Positions 17,379-28,157 of a stretch of 64,000 bases of DNA are shown here, piece by piece. The translations under genes and the position numbers were made by a program. Source of the DNA: an uncultured Verrucomicrobiae bacterium (GTDB taxonomy: Bacteria > Verrucomicrobiota > Verrucomicrobiia > Limisphaerales > UBA8199); the NCBI GenBank assembly GCA_963809845.1, contig CAWELO010000001.1, positions 461,742 to 525,741 of the forward strand, written 5' to 3'. Under the pieces are notes generated by a model, which worked only from the letters and a program-made list of their open reading frames with translations, did not search any database and was not told where the DNA came from. Within the stretch, counting starts at the first letter, position 1, and each line of letters begins with the position of its first letter.

Positions 17379-18872
17379 ATGAAGCCTGAAGTCGTTTTTG
17401 CGCTTGAACAAGCCGGGTGGCCGGCGTTGCTGGTGGACAGTGCCAGTGTGATTTGCCGTGCCAACCCGGCGGCGGTCAAAACCTTCGGTCCTACCCTGGA
17501 AGGGGCCTCACCCAATCTCTCCGCGATTTGGTCCCCCGAAAACCCGGCCACCGCCGAGCAGTTCCTGGTTCAATGGGAACGCGCCCCTGCCGCCCTGGTG
17601 TCGCTCAAGTTCCGGGTCAAAGGTGGCAATACGATTTCCCAATCCGTATCGGTGTGCGCGTGGACTCGAGCCGGCCAGAAGTTTTTTGTTTTCCAGTTGC
17701 TGCCGGAGCGAGGCGCTCCGGGCCCGGAGCCGAAGCCCGCGAGCGTCGAAAGCACCCTGGCCCAAAAGCAAAAGCTCGACTGTGCCTTGCAGTTGGCGCG
17801 CACGGTGGCGCTGGACTTCAACAACCTGTTGACCAGCATTCTCGGCCACACCTCGTTGATCCTGGGCCAGATGGAGCCGGAGCATGCCTGGCGCGCCTCC
17901 TTGCTCGAAGTCGAGCGCGCGGCGGCCAAAGCCGCCGAGGTGGCCAATGACCTGGGGACGTTCAGCCGGCAGGAGAAGGAAACGCGGGCGCAACCCGCCG
18001 GAAATCTGAACCTGGTGCTGCAGCGGGCGGTCGAGAGTTTCCGGCGCAACCGCGGGTTGGTGGCGGTGGATTGGAAGCTGCAGGTCGAGCGGGATCTGTT
18101 CACGACAAAGTTCGACGAAGCCAAAATGCAGCAGGCCTTCGCCAGGATTCTGGAGAACGCTCTCGAAGCCATCCCCGATGGCGGCCGGCTGAGCGTGCAA
18201 ACCCGCAACGTCGAGCTGGCCGAGGGCTCCCAGGACCGCAATGTCCAGTTGGCCGCCGGCGCCTACGTCATGGTCGAGATCACCGATAACGGCTGCGGCA
18301 TTGCGCCTGAAGTTTTGCCCCGGGTCTTCGAACCCTTCTTTACGACCAAGCGGGGCAACCACCGCGGACTGGGCCTGGCCTGGGTCTATGGCGTCGTCAC
18401 TAACCACGGAGGCGGCGTAGCCGTCTCGAGCGAGCTCTCCGCAGGCACATCCGTCCGGGTTTATTTGCCGGCGGACAAGCGAATCGTGCGGGATAACGGT
18501 CTGAGCGGGCAGGATTTGAGGGGCAGCCAGACCGTGTTGGTGGTGGACGACGAGGACCTGGTCCTGACGCTGAGCCAAACGATCCTCTCTGCCTATGGCT
18601 ACCGCGTCCTCTCAGCCAATAGCGGCCAAAAGGCGCTTGACCTGCTGGCCGGAAAGGACGCCATCGATTTGGTGATCACCGACCTGGTCATGCCCGTGAT
18701 GAGCGGGCGGGAGCTGGTTGAGCACATCCGCCGGCGGGCGCCGGACACCCGCATTCTCTGCACCAGCGGTTATGTTTGGACCGGGGGGCACGAGCACGAC
18801 AGCGCCTATTTGCAGAAGCCCTTCACGGCCCGGGACCTCCTGCTCAAGGTCAAAGCGGTCCTGGGAGGGTAG
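17379..18872 (+). CDS. CckA-like hybrid sensor kinase/receiver protein with degenerate H-box
   Basis: H-box region VALDFNNLL (His replaced by Leu); NALEA, DNGCGI, FEPFFTTK, GLGL; receiver VVDDE, ITDLVMP, LQKPF. Confidence 0.9.
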   Translation: MKPEVVFALEQAGWPALLVDSASVICRANPAAVKTFGPTLEGASPNLSAIWSPENPATAEQFLVQWERAPAALVSLKFRVKGGNTISQSVSVCAWTRAGQKFFVFQLLPERGAPGPEPKPASVESTLAQKQKLDCALQLARTVALDFNNLLTSILGHTSLILGQMEPEHAWRASLLEVERAAAKAAEVANDLGTFSRQEKETRAQPAGNLNLVLQRAVESFRRNRGLVAVDWKLQVERDLFTTKFDEAKMQQAFARILENALEAIPDGGRLSVQTRNVELAEGSQDRNVQLAAGAYVMVEITDNGCGIAPEVLPRVFEPFFTTKRGNHRGLGLAWVYGVVTNHGGGVAVSSELSAGTSVRVYLPADKRIVRDNGLSGQDLRGSQTVLVVDDEDLVLTLSQTILSAYGYRVLSANSGQKALDLLAGKDAIDLVITDLVMPVMSGRELVEHIRRRAPDTRILCTSGYVWTGGHEHDSAYLQKPFTARDLLLKVKAVLGG

Positions 18873-19017
18873 CGCCGTGCCGGGAGGACTCCCCTCCACC
18901 GTTTCACCGGGCCACGGCGGTTGAACCTGCGCGTGCTCTACTCCGCCCCAATCCGACCCCGGGGGGCCCCGGCGGAACGCCCCCTCGGCCATCAATACGA
19001 GTTTAAGAAAACATTAG

Positions 19018-19046
19018 TTGACTGATTTTGCGGAATCCGGTATTCC
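19018..19046 (+). promoter_or_regulatory. Putative sigma70 promoter of the LysR gene
   Basis: TTGACT-17 nt-TATTCC, 8 nt upstream of ATG 19055. Confidence 0.45.
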
Positions 19047-19054
19047 TCATTCTT

Positions 19055-19936
19055 ATGCAAATCGAGAGTCTGAAAGTGTTCTGCGATTTGGCCGAGACCG
19101 AGAGCTTTACCAAGGCCGCGCAAATCAATAAGGTGACCCAATCGGCCGTCAGCCAGCAGATCAGCTCGCTGGAACGGCTGTTCAAATCGCTGCTGATCGA
19201 GCGGAGCAAAAAGCACTTCCGCCTGACGCGCGAGGGCCAGGTGCTCTATGACTATAGCAAGCAGGTGATCCAGACCTACGAGGCGCTGCAGAACAAGCTG
19301 CAGGAGATCAAGGACATCATCTCCGGGACGATTCGCGTGGCGACGATTTACAGCATTGGGTTGCACGATCTCCCCCCGTATCTGAAGCGGTTTTTGAAGA
19401 GCTATCCGACCGTCAACGTGCACGTGGAATACCGGCGTGCCAACCAGGTGTACGACGACGTGATCGGCAACGTGGTGGATTTAGGGCTGGTGGCCTACCC
19501 GATACGCGACACCAAGCTGGACCTCTACCCGCTGCGCAAAGAACCCCTGGTGCTGATCTGCCACCCCCAACACCCCCTGGCCAAAAACAAGAGCATCCGG
19601 CTCAAGGCCCTTTCCGGTCAGAAGTTCATCGGCTTCGAACCCGATATTCCGACCCGCAAAGCCCTGGATAAGATCCTCAAGGACCACTCGGTGCAGGTGC
19701 AGCACGTCATGGAGTTTGACAACATCGAGACCGTCAAGCGCGCGGTGGAAATCGACGCCGGCGTGGCGATTGTTCCCCAGGGCACGGTGGTGCAGGAAGT
19801 GGCGAAACAAACCCTGGCTCAAGTGCCCCTCGATGACGGAGATTTCTTCCGGCCCCTGGCCGCCATCTACAAGAAGAACAAGGTTCTCTCCCCCGCCATG
19901 AAACAGTTCCTGGCGGTTTTGCGAGACGAAAAGTGA
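19055..19936 (+). CDS. LysR-family transcriptional regulator
   Basis: HTH FTKAAQINKVTQSAVSQQISSLE followed by a substrate-binding domain. Confidence 0.95.
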   Translation: MQIESLKVFCDLAETESFTKAAQINKVTQSAVSQQISSLERLFKSLLIERSKKHFRLTREGQVLYDYSKQVIQTYEALQNKLQEIKDIISGTIRVATIYSIGLHDLPPYLKRFLKSYPTVNVHVEYRRANQVYDDVIGNVVDLGLVAYPIRDTKLDLYPLRKEPLVLICHPQHPLAKNKSIRLKALSGQKFIGFEPDIPTRKALDKILKDHSVQVQHVMEFDNIETVKRAVEIDAGVAIVPQGTVVQEVAKQTLAQVPLDDGDFFRPLAAIYKKNKVLSPAMKQFLAVLRDEK

Positions 19937-20007
19937 CGGCCAACCGGCCGCCGTGCTTCCGGCCGGCGGTTGCCCGCCGCGCGCGCGGCTGCTAGGCTGG
20001 CGCTGTC

Positions 20008-21567
20008 ATGCCAGACATCGTCCTGACCACGCTTAACGCGAAGTACCTGCACGCGGCGTTTGGTCTCCGCTATCTCCTGGCGAATTTAGGCGCCCTCCAA
20101 CCACGGGCTTGCCTGCGGGAATTCGACATCAGCCAGCGGCCGGTGGATATCGCGGAAGCCTTGCTGGCGCTCGATCCCCGGATCATTGGTTGCGGGGTTT
20201 ACCTCTGGAACACCGCGCCCGCCGCAGAGGTGATCGACACCATCAAACGGGTCCGCCCGGAAGTGATCGTCATCCTGGGCGGGCCGGAGGTCAGCTATGA
20301 ACTCGAGACGCAGCCGATCGTGCAAATCGCTGATTACGTCATCACGGGCGAGGCGGATCTGAAATTCGGGGAGGTGTGCCGCGGCTTGCTGGCGGGTGAG
20401 GCGCCGCGGGAGAAAGTGATCCGCGCCGAGGTGCCGGATTTTTCGCAGCTCAAGCTGCCCTATGACCTGTATCGTGACGAGGATCTCGCCCGGCGCCTGG
20501 TCTATGTCGAGGCCTCGCGCGGCTGTCCCTTCACCTGCGAATTTTGCCTCTCCTCCCTCGACATCCCGGTCCGCCAGGCGCCGCTGCCCGCCCTGCTCTC
20601 CTCGATGCAGACCCTGTTGGATCGCGGGTTGAAACATTTCAAATTCGTTGACCGGACCTTCAACTTGAGTGTCCCGGTCAGCCGCGCGATCCTCGAGTTT
20701 TTTTTGGAACGCTGCCGGCCGGGACATTTTTTCCACTTCGAGATGGTTCCCGACCGGTTGCCGGGAGAATTGCGCGAGGTAATCGCCCGGTTCCCGCCCG
20801 GGACCTTGCAGTTCGAGGTGGGGATCCAAACGTTCAACGAGGAGGTGGGCTCGCGGATTAAGCGGCGTCAGAATTACCAGCGCCTTGAAGAGAACCTCCG
20901 CTTTCTGCGCACGCAGACCGGGGCGCACATTCACGCGGACTTGATCGTGGGTTTGCCAGGTGAGAGTGTGGAAAGCTTCGCGGCCGGGTTTGACCGGTTA
21001 GTGGGGCTGGGGCCGCAAGAGATTCAGGTGGGGCTCCTCAAGCGGCTGCGCGGCACGCCCATTGTCCGCCACGATGCCGAATGGCAGGTGGTGTATAACC
21101 GCCATCCGCCGTATGAGGTGCTGCAAAACCGGCTCATCAATTTCGCCACCATGCAGAGGTTGCGCCGGTTTGCCCGCTTCTGGGATCTGGTGGGCAACAG
21201 CGGAAATTTCATCGAGACCGCGCCGCTGCTGTGGCTTGGCCCGCAGAGGGAACCAGGCGCCTCGCCGTTTGCCGCGTTCTTCGCCCTGAGCGAGTGGCTG
21301 CGCGCAAAGGCGGGGCGCACCGACAGCATCGCGCTGGTGCGGTTGATGGAGTTGGTGTTCGAGTACTTGACCCAGGTGCGGGGGGGGGATCCCGGGGACA
21401 TCGCCCGGAAAATGTGCCGCGACTACCAGCGGTGCGGGCGGCCACACCCGCCACCCTTCCTCAAAGAACACCTTCCGCGCCCGGAACCCGGGCCATGGGT
21501 CCCGTCCAAACGCGCCCACGGACTGCAGCGGCAGGCCCGGCACAGCCTTGCGCCCCCGCCCCGGTAG
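20008..21567 (+). CDS. B12-binding radical SAM protein (DUF4080-type)
   Basis: N-terminal cobalamin-binding region ([12 protein letters not shown]) and CPFTCEFC. Confidence 0.9.
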   Translation: MPDIVLTTLNAKYLHAAFGLRYLLANLGALQPRACLREFDISQRPVDIAEALLALDPRIIGCGVYLWNTAPAAEVIDTIKRVRPEVIVILGGPEVSYELETQPIVQIADYVITGEADLKFGEVCRGLLAGEAPREKVIRAEVPDFSQLKLPYDLYRDEDLARRLVYVEASRGCPFTCEFCLSSLDIPVRQAPLPALLSSMQTLLDRGLKHFKFVDRTFNLSVPVSRAILEFFLERCRPGHFFHFEMVPDRLPGELREVIARFPPGTLQFEVGIQTFNEEVGSRIKRRQNYQRLEENLRFLRTQTGAHIHADLIVGLPGESVESFAAGFDRLVGLGPQEIQVGLLKRLRGTPIVRHDAEWQVVYNRHPPYEVLQNRLINFATMQRLRRFARFWDLVGNSGNFIETAPLLWLGPQREPGASPFAAFFALSEWLRAKAGRTDSIALVRLMELVFEYLTQVRGGDPGDIARKMCRDYQRCGRPHPPPFLKEHLPRPEPGPWVPSKRAHGLQRQARHSLAPPPR

Positions 21568-21581
21568 AGTAATATGATAGC

Positions 21582-21755
21582 ATGAAGCTCCTTTTGGCGA
21601 TCTTGGCGCACCTCGTTATCGGGTTTTTCCTCGGTTGGGGGATCCTGCTCACCGTGAAGGGCAATCCCTGGTTGCTCATCATTGGTTTCCTGGTGTACGC
21701 GGTCTCATTTGCGAAAATCGGCTGTCTCCCCGGCAAGAGCACCGACGGCCACTGA
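21582..21755 (+). CDS. Small two-TM membrane protein (57 aa)
   Basis: Hand translation MKLLLAILAHLVIGFFLGWGILLTVKGNPWLLIIGFLVYAVSFAKIGCLPGKSTDGH*; below the ORF-track cutoff. Confidence 0.65.
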   Translation: MKLLLAILAHLVIGFFLGWGILLTVKGNPWLLIIGFLVYAVSFAKIGCLPGKSTDGH

Positions 21756-21808
21756 CCGCGTATGGCGCAATCACGCAGGTTTTCCGTCCGTGTTCACCCG
21801 CGGCTGGC

Positions 21809-22075
21809 TCAAGCGTTGCCGCCACGCCGGCCGCGCCGGAAGGCCGCGCCGTAGAGCACGAGCGCAATCACGGCGCCCACGGCCGCCGCGATGAAACTTT
21901 CCGGCTGATCCGTGCCGACCAAACCAGTTACCCCTGCCAAATAGCGCGCCAGCAGCGCACCGGCGACCCCGAGGAAAACCGCCAGCACCAACTCGGCTGG
22001 CGTGTGGCCCGGCAGCAGGAGTTCGACCATCACCCCCAGTCCTACGCCGATTAGGATGGTCACCGCCAGGTTCAT
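21809..22075 (-). CDS. GlsB/YeaQ/YmgE-family (transglycosylase-associated) membrane protein
   Basis: MNLAVTILIGVGLG...LLPG...GVAGALL...FIAAAVGAVIAL pattern. Confidence 0.8.
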   Translation of the reverse strand: MNLAVTILIGVGLGVMVELLLPGHTPAELVLAVFLGVAGALLARYLAGVTGLVGTDQPESFIAAAVGAVIALVLYGAAFRRGRRGGNA

Positions 22076-22348
22076 GACAGCCGCGCCGCTGGGCTGGGAC
22101 TGCTCCCGGTGACCCAGGCTTTGTCCCAAAGTTGACGATGCCCTCGGGCTGAAGAGCAGGCTCATTGCCAACCAGCTTCAAAGGTGCCGCAGGTACCGCC
22201 GGATAAACATGGAAAACCCGATCGGGCGACGCGGTCGTCCGCGCTCCCCGTCCATCATGGGAGGCTGGGGGAAGCGCGCCTTCCCAAGCCTAGAGGGCTG
22301 TGGGTGGACCCATGGCTGCCGCGTCCCCCCACGTTGGGTCAGCGCGGC

Positions 22349-22528
22349 TTAATCGCCGCTCTTGGCCAGCAGGAAGCCGATCACGCATCCCACCACGGCG
22401 GAGATCGCAATCGTCGTCCAGGTGTTCTGGCGCACGTATTGATCCGTGAACTGACCCATGTCCCGAGCCTTTTCACTCGCGCGTCGTTGCCAATCCTGGA
22501 GCTTATTTGTCACTTCGGTTTCGTTCAT
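22349..22528 (-). CDS. ElaB/YqjD/DUF883-like tail-anchored protein (59 aa)
   Basis: Hand translation ending TDQYVRQNTWTTIAISAVVGCVIGFLLAKSGD*; TATACT lies 5 nt upstream of the ATG. Confidence 0.8.
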   Translation of the reverse strand: MNETEVTNKLQDWQRRASEKARDMGQFTDQYVRQNTWTTIAISAVVGCVIGFLLAKSGD

Positions 22529-22604
22529 TGCCCAGTATAAACCATGGGAAGGAGGTCCAGAAGTGCGGGGGAGACCCCGTGCGGGGGAGCCGTCTCGTTA
22601 TTAC

Positions 22605-23765
22605 CTAGCGATCCTTCCCCAAGGGAGGGAGATCGCCGGAGCCGGCCTCCTCGATGCGTTTCGGCTGCGCCAATTCCCGTTCCGTTTTCAACCGAAGCTG
22701 TCCGCACGCCGCATCGATATCGTGGCCCTTCTCACGGCGCAAGGTGACGCTGATATGCTCGGCTTGGAGGCCTTCGAGGAATTTCTCTTGAGCCGCTTCG
22801 GGAGGCTTTTCCCAGTCCAGGCCCTCCACCCGATTATAGGGGATGAGGTTGACCTTGGCATTCAATCGCCGCGCCAGCCCGGCCAATGGCTTGACCTGAT
22901 CCGGGCCATCGTTCACCCCGGAAATCAGAATGTATTCGAACGTAATCATGCGCCCCTTTTTCTGCTGGTAATACTCGCAGGCGGCGGTCAATTCCCTCAG
23001 AGGGTATTTGCGGTTGACCGGCATAATCCGGCCGCGCACGGCGTCGGTGGCGCCATGCAGCGAGATGGCGAGGCGATACTGCGAGGTTTCGTCAGCCAGC
23101 CGGCGAATTTGCGGGGCCAGCCCGCTGGTCGAAATCGTAATCTTGCGCGCCCCGATACCGCCGCCCCAGGGCGCGTTGAGAATGTGGAGCGCTTTGAGCA
23201 GGTTGTCGTAATTTGCCAAGGGCTCACCCATGCCCATGATGACCAGGTTACTAATCAGGCGGTTGCCCGCGGGTCGAGGGATGGCGCCAGGCTCTGGCTG
23301 GGTCCGCGGGGCGTGCCAGCGTTCGATCGCCAGGACCTGGTCCACGATTTCTTCGACCGCGAGATTGCGCTTCCAGCCTTCCAGGCCGCTGGCGCAAAAG
23401 CGGCAGCCGTAGGCGCAGCCGACTTGCGTGGACACGCACAGTGTGTGTCGATCGCTGGGCTCGCCATAGAGGGCTGGGTTGGCAGGAATCAGGACGCTCT
23501 CGATGAGGGCGTGATCGCCTAACCGCCAGAGGAATTTTTGTGTCGTATCGGCGGCGCCCTGCTTCCGCACCAATTCGAGCGAGCGCAAGGTGAACTGCCC
23601 GCGCAGCGTATCCCGCAACGACTTGGGCAAATTGGACATGGCCTCCCAGCGCTCCACACGGTGGGTGTAGAGCCATTCCAGGAGCTGGGGCACCCGGTAG
23701 GCCGGCTGGTCCCAGGCCTTGAACTGGGTTTGCAACTCCTCGAGTGTTTGAGATTTGATGTCCAT
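22605..23765 (-). CDS. rlmN: Dual-specificity 23S rRNA/tRNA methyltransferase RlmN
   Basis: CVSTQVGCAYGCRFCA, MGMGEP, DIDAACGQL. Confidence 0.97.
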   Translation of the reverse strand: MDIKSQTLEELQTQFKAWDQPAYRVPQLLEWLYTHRVERWEAMSNLPKSLRDTLRGQFTLRSLELVRKQGAADTTQKFLWRLGDHALIESVLIPANPALYGEPSDRHTLCVSTQVGCAYGCRFCASGLEGWKRNLAVEEIVDQVLAIERWHAPRTQPEPGAIPRPAGNRLISNLVIMGMGEPLANYDNLLKALHILNAPWGGGIGARKITISTSGLAPQIRRLADETSQYRLAISLHGATDAVRGRIMPVNRKYPLRELTAACEYYQQKKGRMITFEYILISGVNDGPDQVKPLAGLARRLNAKVNLIPYNRVEGLDWEKPPEAAQEKFLEGLQAEHISVTLRREKGHDIDAACGQLRLKTERELAQPKRIEEAGSGDLPPLGKDR

Positions 23766-23890
23766 CAGCCGATACAGGCTAAATCATAAGCGGATGAGAA
23801 TCCAATGCGCGCGCAGGCGGGAGCCGCCAGGCGGCTCGCCCGGCCACCCCGCAACGCACGAACGGCCTGCTGCCGAACCTCGTTCGAGAG

Positions 23891-26067
23891 CTAGCGCGAG
23901 AGGTAATACTTCTGGGTGTACTCCCTCACCATGCGCTCGGTGGTAAACTGGGGAACCAGCGTGACCATGGCGCGGCGGATTCTTTGAATCCATTGCCGTG
24001 GGATGCCCTGCGAATCCCGTTGAAAGAACAACGGTACCACCTCTTGTGTCAGCACCCGGAACAAATTCGCGCTATCGAGGCGATCCTGTTGCTCGACGGA
24101 ATCGGGCTGCGAATCTTCGCCGATGGCGAAGCCGTTGGTGCCGTCGTAGCCCTCGCGCCACCAGCCGTCCAGGATGCTCAGGTTTAGGCAGCCGTGACAA
24201 CCGGCTTTCATGCCGCTGGTGCCCGAAGCCTCCAAAGGCCGGCGCGGGTTGTTGAGCCAGACATCGCAGCCCGAGACCATTTGCCGGGCCACGTGCATAT
24301 CATAATTCTCGATGAAAATCAGGTGCCCCTGCAGGTCGCTGTATTTGCTCAAGTGAATAATATGCTGGATATAACGTTTGCCGTCGTCATCCCGCGGATG
24401 CGCTTTGCCGGCGAAAACGAATTGGACCGGCCGGGATTTATCCCGGGTCAGCTTCACGATGTTGTCGAATTGCTGAAAGATGAGCGGGGCGCGCTTATAG
24501 GTGGCGAACCGCCGCCCGAAGCCGATGGTCAGCGCGTCCGGATCCAGCAGTTGGTCGAACGCGATGAAATCACCCTGCGCCAGCCGCTGCCGCTGAATCA
24601 AGAGTCTGCGGCGGGCGAACTCGATGAGTTCCCGCCGCAAGGTGTAGCGCAGAGCCCAGATCTCTTCGTCCGAAATGAACTCGGGATCGGCCACACGTTG
24701 CCAGAACTCGGGCGCGTTGATTTCCGCGCTCCAATCTGCCGAGGTAGCGCGGAAACCGAGGGGCACGGAATTGATCGAGTGGCCGGTCAGTTTGCGCCGC
24801 CAGAAACGGCGCACGGTGCCCTTCATCCAGCCCAGCAGGTGGACGCCGTTGGTAATGTGACCGATGGGCACTTCCTCGGCGGGCTTGGCCGGGTAAAGGG
24901 AATGCCACATATGCCGGCTGACGCGGCCGTGCAGTTCGCTGACGCCATTGGCCGCGCGCGACAGTTTGAGCGCCAGCACGGTCATGCAGAAGGGCTCCTG
25001 GGCATTGTTTGGGTTCACCCGGCCCAGCTTCATGATCTCGGCAAACGGCGCGGGCATCTGGGCACGGTACCGTTGCATGGCATAATCCATTAGGTCCGGG
25101 CTGAAGCGGTCGTGGCCGGCTTCCACCGGTGTGTGTGTGGTAAAAAGGCACTCGGATCGAGTCTGGCTGAGGGCGTCCTGGAAGGTCTTTCCCGCCACCA
25201 TCTTCTCGCGAATCAGTTCGAGCGTGAGAAAGGCGGCATGGCCTTCGTTCATGTGAAAACCGACGGGCTTGCGCCCAGTGCGCGAAGCAGGCGAACTCCG
25301 CCGATGCCCAGCAGCATCTCCTGCATGATGCGGGTGGTGCTGTCGCCGCCATACACGCGCAGCGTCAAGTCACGGAAATGCTGCTCGTTCTCGGGACGGT
25401 TGGTGTCCAGAAGGTAAACCACCACGCGCCCGACATTGACGCGCCAGGCCTGGAACGCAACCTGGTTCATGCCCACTTCCACCCGGCACACGATGGGGTC
25501 CCCTTTCGCGTCCAGCACGGGTTCCATGGGGAGGTTCTTCGGGTTCAACAAGGTGTAATACTCGGTCTGCCAGTTATTCGAGTCGATCGCCTGCTGGAAA
25601 TAGCCTTCGCGGTAAAACAGGCTAATCCCCACGAACCCCAGCCCGAGATCACTCGCGGACTTGGCGTGGTCGCCTGCCAGCATGCCCAAGCCCCCGGCGG
25701 CGATCGGCAGCGTCTCGTGGAAGCCGAACTCGGCGGAGAAGTACGCCACCGGCCGGGATTGCAGGGACGGCGCGTTCTGGGCCGCCCAGGTCTGCTTTTC
25801 GGTCACGTAGGTTTCGAAGGAACGCAGCACCTTGCGCACGTGTTCGGCAAAGTCCGGGTTTTGCAGGCGCGCCCGCAGCTCCGCGTTGGAGACCTCGTGC
25901 AGCACGGCGACCGCGTTGTGATATAGATTTTGCCAGCCCCGCGGTGAGAGTTCCTGGAAGATCTCTTGCGCGCCCTGGTCCCAGGTCCACCAGAGATTGC
26001 GGGCCAGGCGGTTGAGGCCGTTTGTCAGTTCGGTCAGTTCGTCGCTTGTCAGTGGCTTTTTCGTCAT
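23891..26067 (-). CDS. glgP: Alpha-glucan phosphorylase, split by one frameshift near 25255
   Basis: 5' part has AYFSAEFG...GGLGMLAGD; 3' part has NEGH, RRFATYKR, EASGTSGMK. Junction GTTTTCACATG lacks one base of the expected VF-H-MNEGH. Confidence 0.92.
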
Positions 26068-26263
26068 AGAGTACTAACAGAATGTGCCAGTGGGTTCTCT
26101 TTGTTCGATTCTGCGGCTACACCGTAAACGGCAAAGGCGATCCGGGCAATTCCTTCTTTCGTTTAAATTGAATGGTCAGGACCGGCAGAACCCGGCGCCA
26201 CGGCGACACCGATGCAGGCTGGCGCGGCCCGGGGCCTTCGCTCATATTGGGGGCTTGGCTGGC

Positions 26264-27070
26264 GTGAAGAAGTATTGGCATGTGATCGGCGTCGGGATTC
26301 AGAATAACCTGACCTACCGGTTCAATTTCCTGGCCCGGACGGTTTTCGGTTTCATCCCGTTGATCGCCGTCCTGTACGTGTGGCTGACGATTTACAGCGG
26401 TAAGGGCAAAGGGGCCATGGTGGGCTCTTACACGCTCGCCCAGATGATTTCCTATTACGTGCTCACGGCGATTGTCGATGCGCTGACCGCCGTCAACGAG
26501 GACGACTGGCAAATCGCCGCGGATATCAAAGATGGCAATATCAGCCAATTCCTCCTCAAGCCGATCGATTACCTGTCCTATCGCTTGTGCCTCTTTTTTT
26601 CGGGCCGGGTCACCTACCTGGCCGTCGCGGCTATTCCCCTGGCCTTGTTCGTTCTCTGCCTGCGCCACTACTTTGTCTTTCCACCGGACGGAATGGCTCT
26701 GGGCTTATTCCTGTGCTCGACCTTTTTGACGGCGCTGCTGCAGTTCTTCATCTCGTACGCCATGGCGATGCTGGCCTTTTGGGTGCTCGAAGTTTCGACC
26801 TTCATCTTCATCCTGTTTGCCTTCGAGTACATCGCCAGCGGCCATCTGTTTCCCTTGGACATTCTCCCGTCGGGCGTGGCACACGCGCTCTCGTTTACGC
26901 CCTTTCCGTACGAGCTGTATTTTCCAGTGACGATTTACCTGGGCAAGGTCCGTTCGGCGGACCTGGGCCGCGGGCTGGTGGTCCAGCTCGCCTGGGTGGT
27001 TGCCGCCTACGTGCTGGCGCGGTTCATGTGGGGACGGGGCATCAAGAAATATTCAGCGGTGGGGGGATGA
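26264..27070 (+). CDS. ABC-2 family permease (DUF990-like)
   Basis: IKDGNISQFLLKP, SGHLFPLDILP, C-terminal YSAVGG. Confidence 0.88.
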   Translation: MKKYWHVIGVGIQNNLTYRFNFLARTVFGFIPLIAVLYVWLTIYSGKGKGAMVGSYTLAQMISYYVLTAIVDALTAVNEDDWQIAADIKDGNISQFLLKPIDYLSYRLCLFFSGRVTYLAVAAIPLALFVLCLRHYFVFPPDGMALGLFLCSTFLTALLQFFISYAMAMLAFWVLEVSTFIFILFAFEYIASGHLFPLDILPSGVAHALSFTPFPYELYFPVTIYLGKVRSADLGRGLVVQLAWVVAAYVLARFMWGRGIKKYSAVGG

Positions 27071-27071
27071 A

Positions 27072-27956
27072 ATGAGCCGCAAACCGCACCCCCAACAGAG
27101 AGACGACCGCGATCCCGGGACGATGACCGCCCCCGCCCCGCCGCACGAGCCTGGCGTTCCCTCCTGGCTCCGCTACCCGCGAATCTACGCCGCTTTGTGG
27201 AAAAACTCTGTGACCCGTGAAATGATGTTCAAGGGCAACTTTGTGCTTTGGATCGTCGTCGAGCTGCTCTGGTTCGGACTGCAGCTCAGCTTCATTGGCG
27301 TGCTCTACCTGCATACCGACCACATCGGAACCTGGACCAAGTGGCAAGTGGTCCTGCTTATCGGCGCCAGCCATTTGATTCAACAGATTTTTCAGGCCTT
27401 CTTTCTCATTAACTGCACGAATCTCTCCGAGTTGGTCCGCAACGGGAAGCTGGATTTCTTGTTGTTGCTGCCCGTCAACACCCGCTTCGTGGTCTCCTTG
27501 CGGCAAGTCGATCTCGGGGGTTTTGTCAACGCGCTCTCAGCCATTGGCGTGATGGCGTATGCGGCGCTCCAAATGCACCTCTCTCCCACGCTTGGACAGG
27601 TGGCCGGATTTGTCTTCCTGTGTTTGGCCGGAATCGTGATCCACTATTCCCTGATGTTCCTGCTGGCCAGCATCAGTTTCTGGACGGTGAAAGCGCAGGG
27701 CATCGTGTGGGGGTATTATAACCTCTTCCAGATCGCCCGTTTGCCTGACGAAGCCTTTCACGGCGTCTTCCGTGCCGTATTCACCTTTGCCATTCCCATG
27801 CTCCTGGTCGCGAACGTTCCCGTGCGCGTGCTGGTGAATAAGCTGGCTTCCCCCGCCCAGCTCCTGCTGCTGCTGGGGATGAGCCTGGCCTGCTTCGCGG
27901 TTTCCGAATGGGGCTGGCGCGCCTCGCTGAAACGTTACACCAGCGCCAGTTCTTAA
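27072..27956 (+). CDS. ABC-2 family permease (DUF990-like)
   Basis: VRNGKLDFLLLLPV, C-terminal RYTSASS. Confidence 0.88.
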   Translation: MSRKPHPQQRDDRDPGTMTAPAPPHEPGVPSWLRYPRIYAALWKNSVTREMMFKGNFVLWIVVELLWFGLQLSFIGVLYLHTDHIGTWTKWQVVLLIGASHLIQQIFQAFFLINCTNLSELVRNGKLDFLLLLPVNTRFVVSLRQVDLGGFVNALSAIGVMAYAALQMHLSPTLGQVAGFVFLCLAGIVIHYSLMFLLASISFWTVKAQGIVWGYYNLFQIARLPDEAFHGVFRAVFTFAIPMLLVANVPVRVLVNKLASPAQLLLLLGMSLACFAVSEWGWRASLKRYTSASS

Positions 27957-28157
27957 CCGGGATCTGCTCCCCACTTTCGAGGGTCGAGCGGCGCCCGAGC
28001 GTGAGGCAAAGACAGGCAAGCCCGCGCCCCGGGCAGCGTTTACGAGGCGCCGGCTCCGGCCGTCGCGCCTCGCCGGGGGTGTGCCTTCAAACGCACAGTT
28101 GGCAGGGGGAGAGCTTCGGCTAAAGTTCAATAGAAGTGCACCTTTAAGCGAATTACC

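Noticed and set aside
25245-25265. Programmed frameshift in glgP (likewise pfkB and dapL)
   Set aside because: No canonical slippery heptamer is present; scattered single-base indels fit assembly error better.
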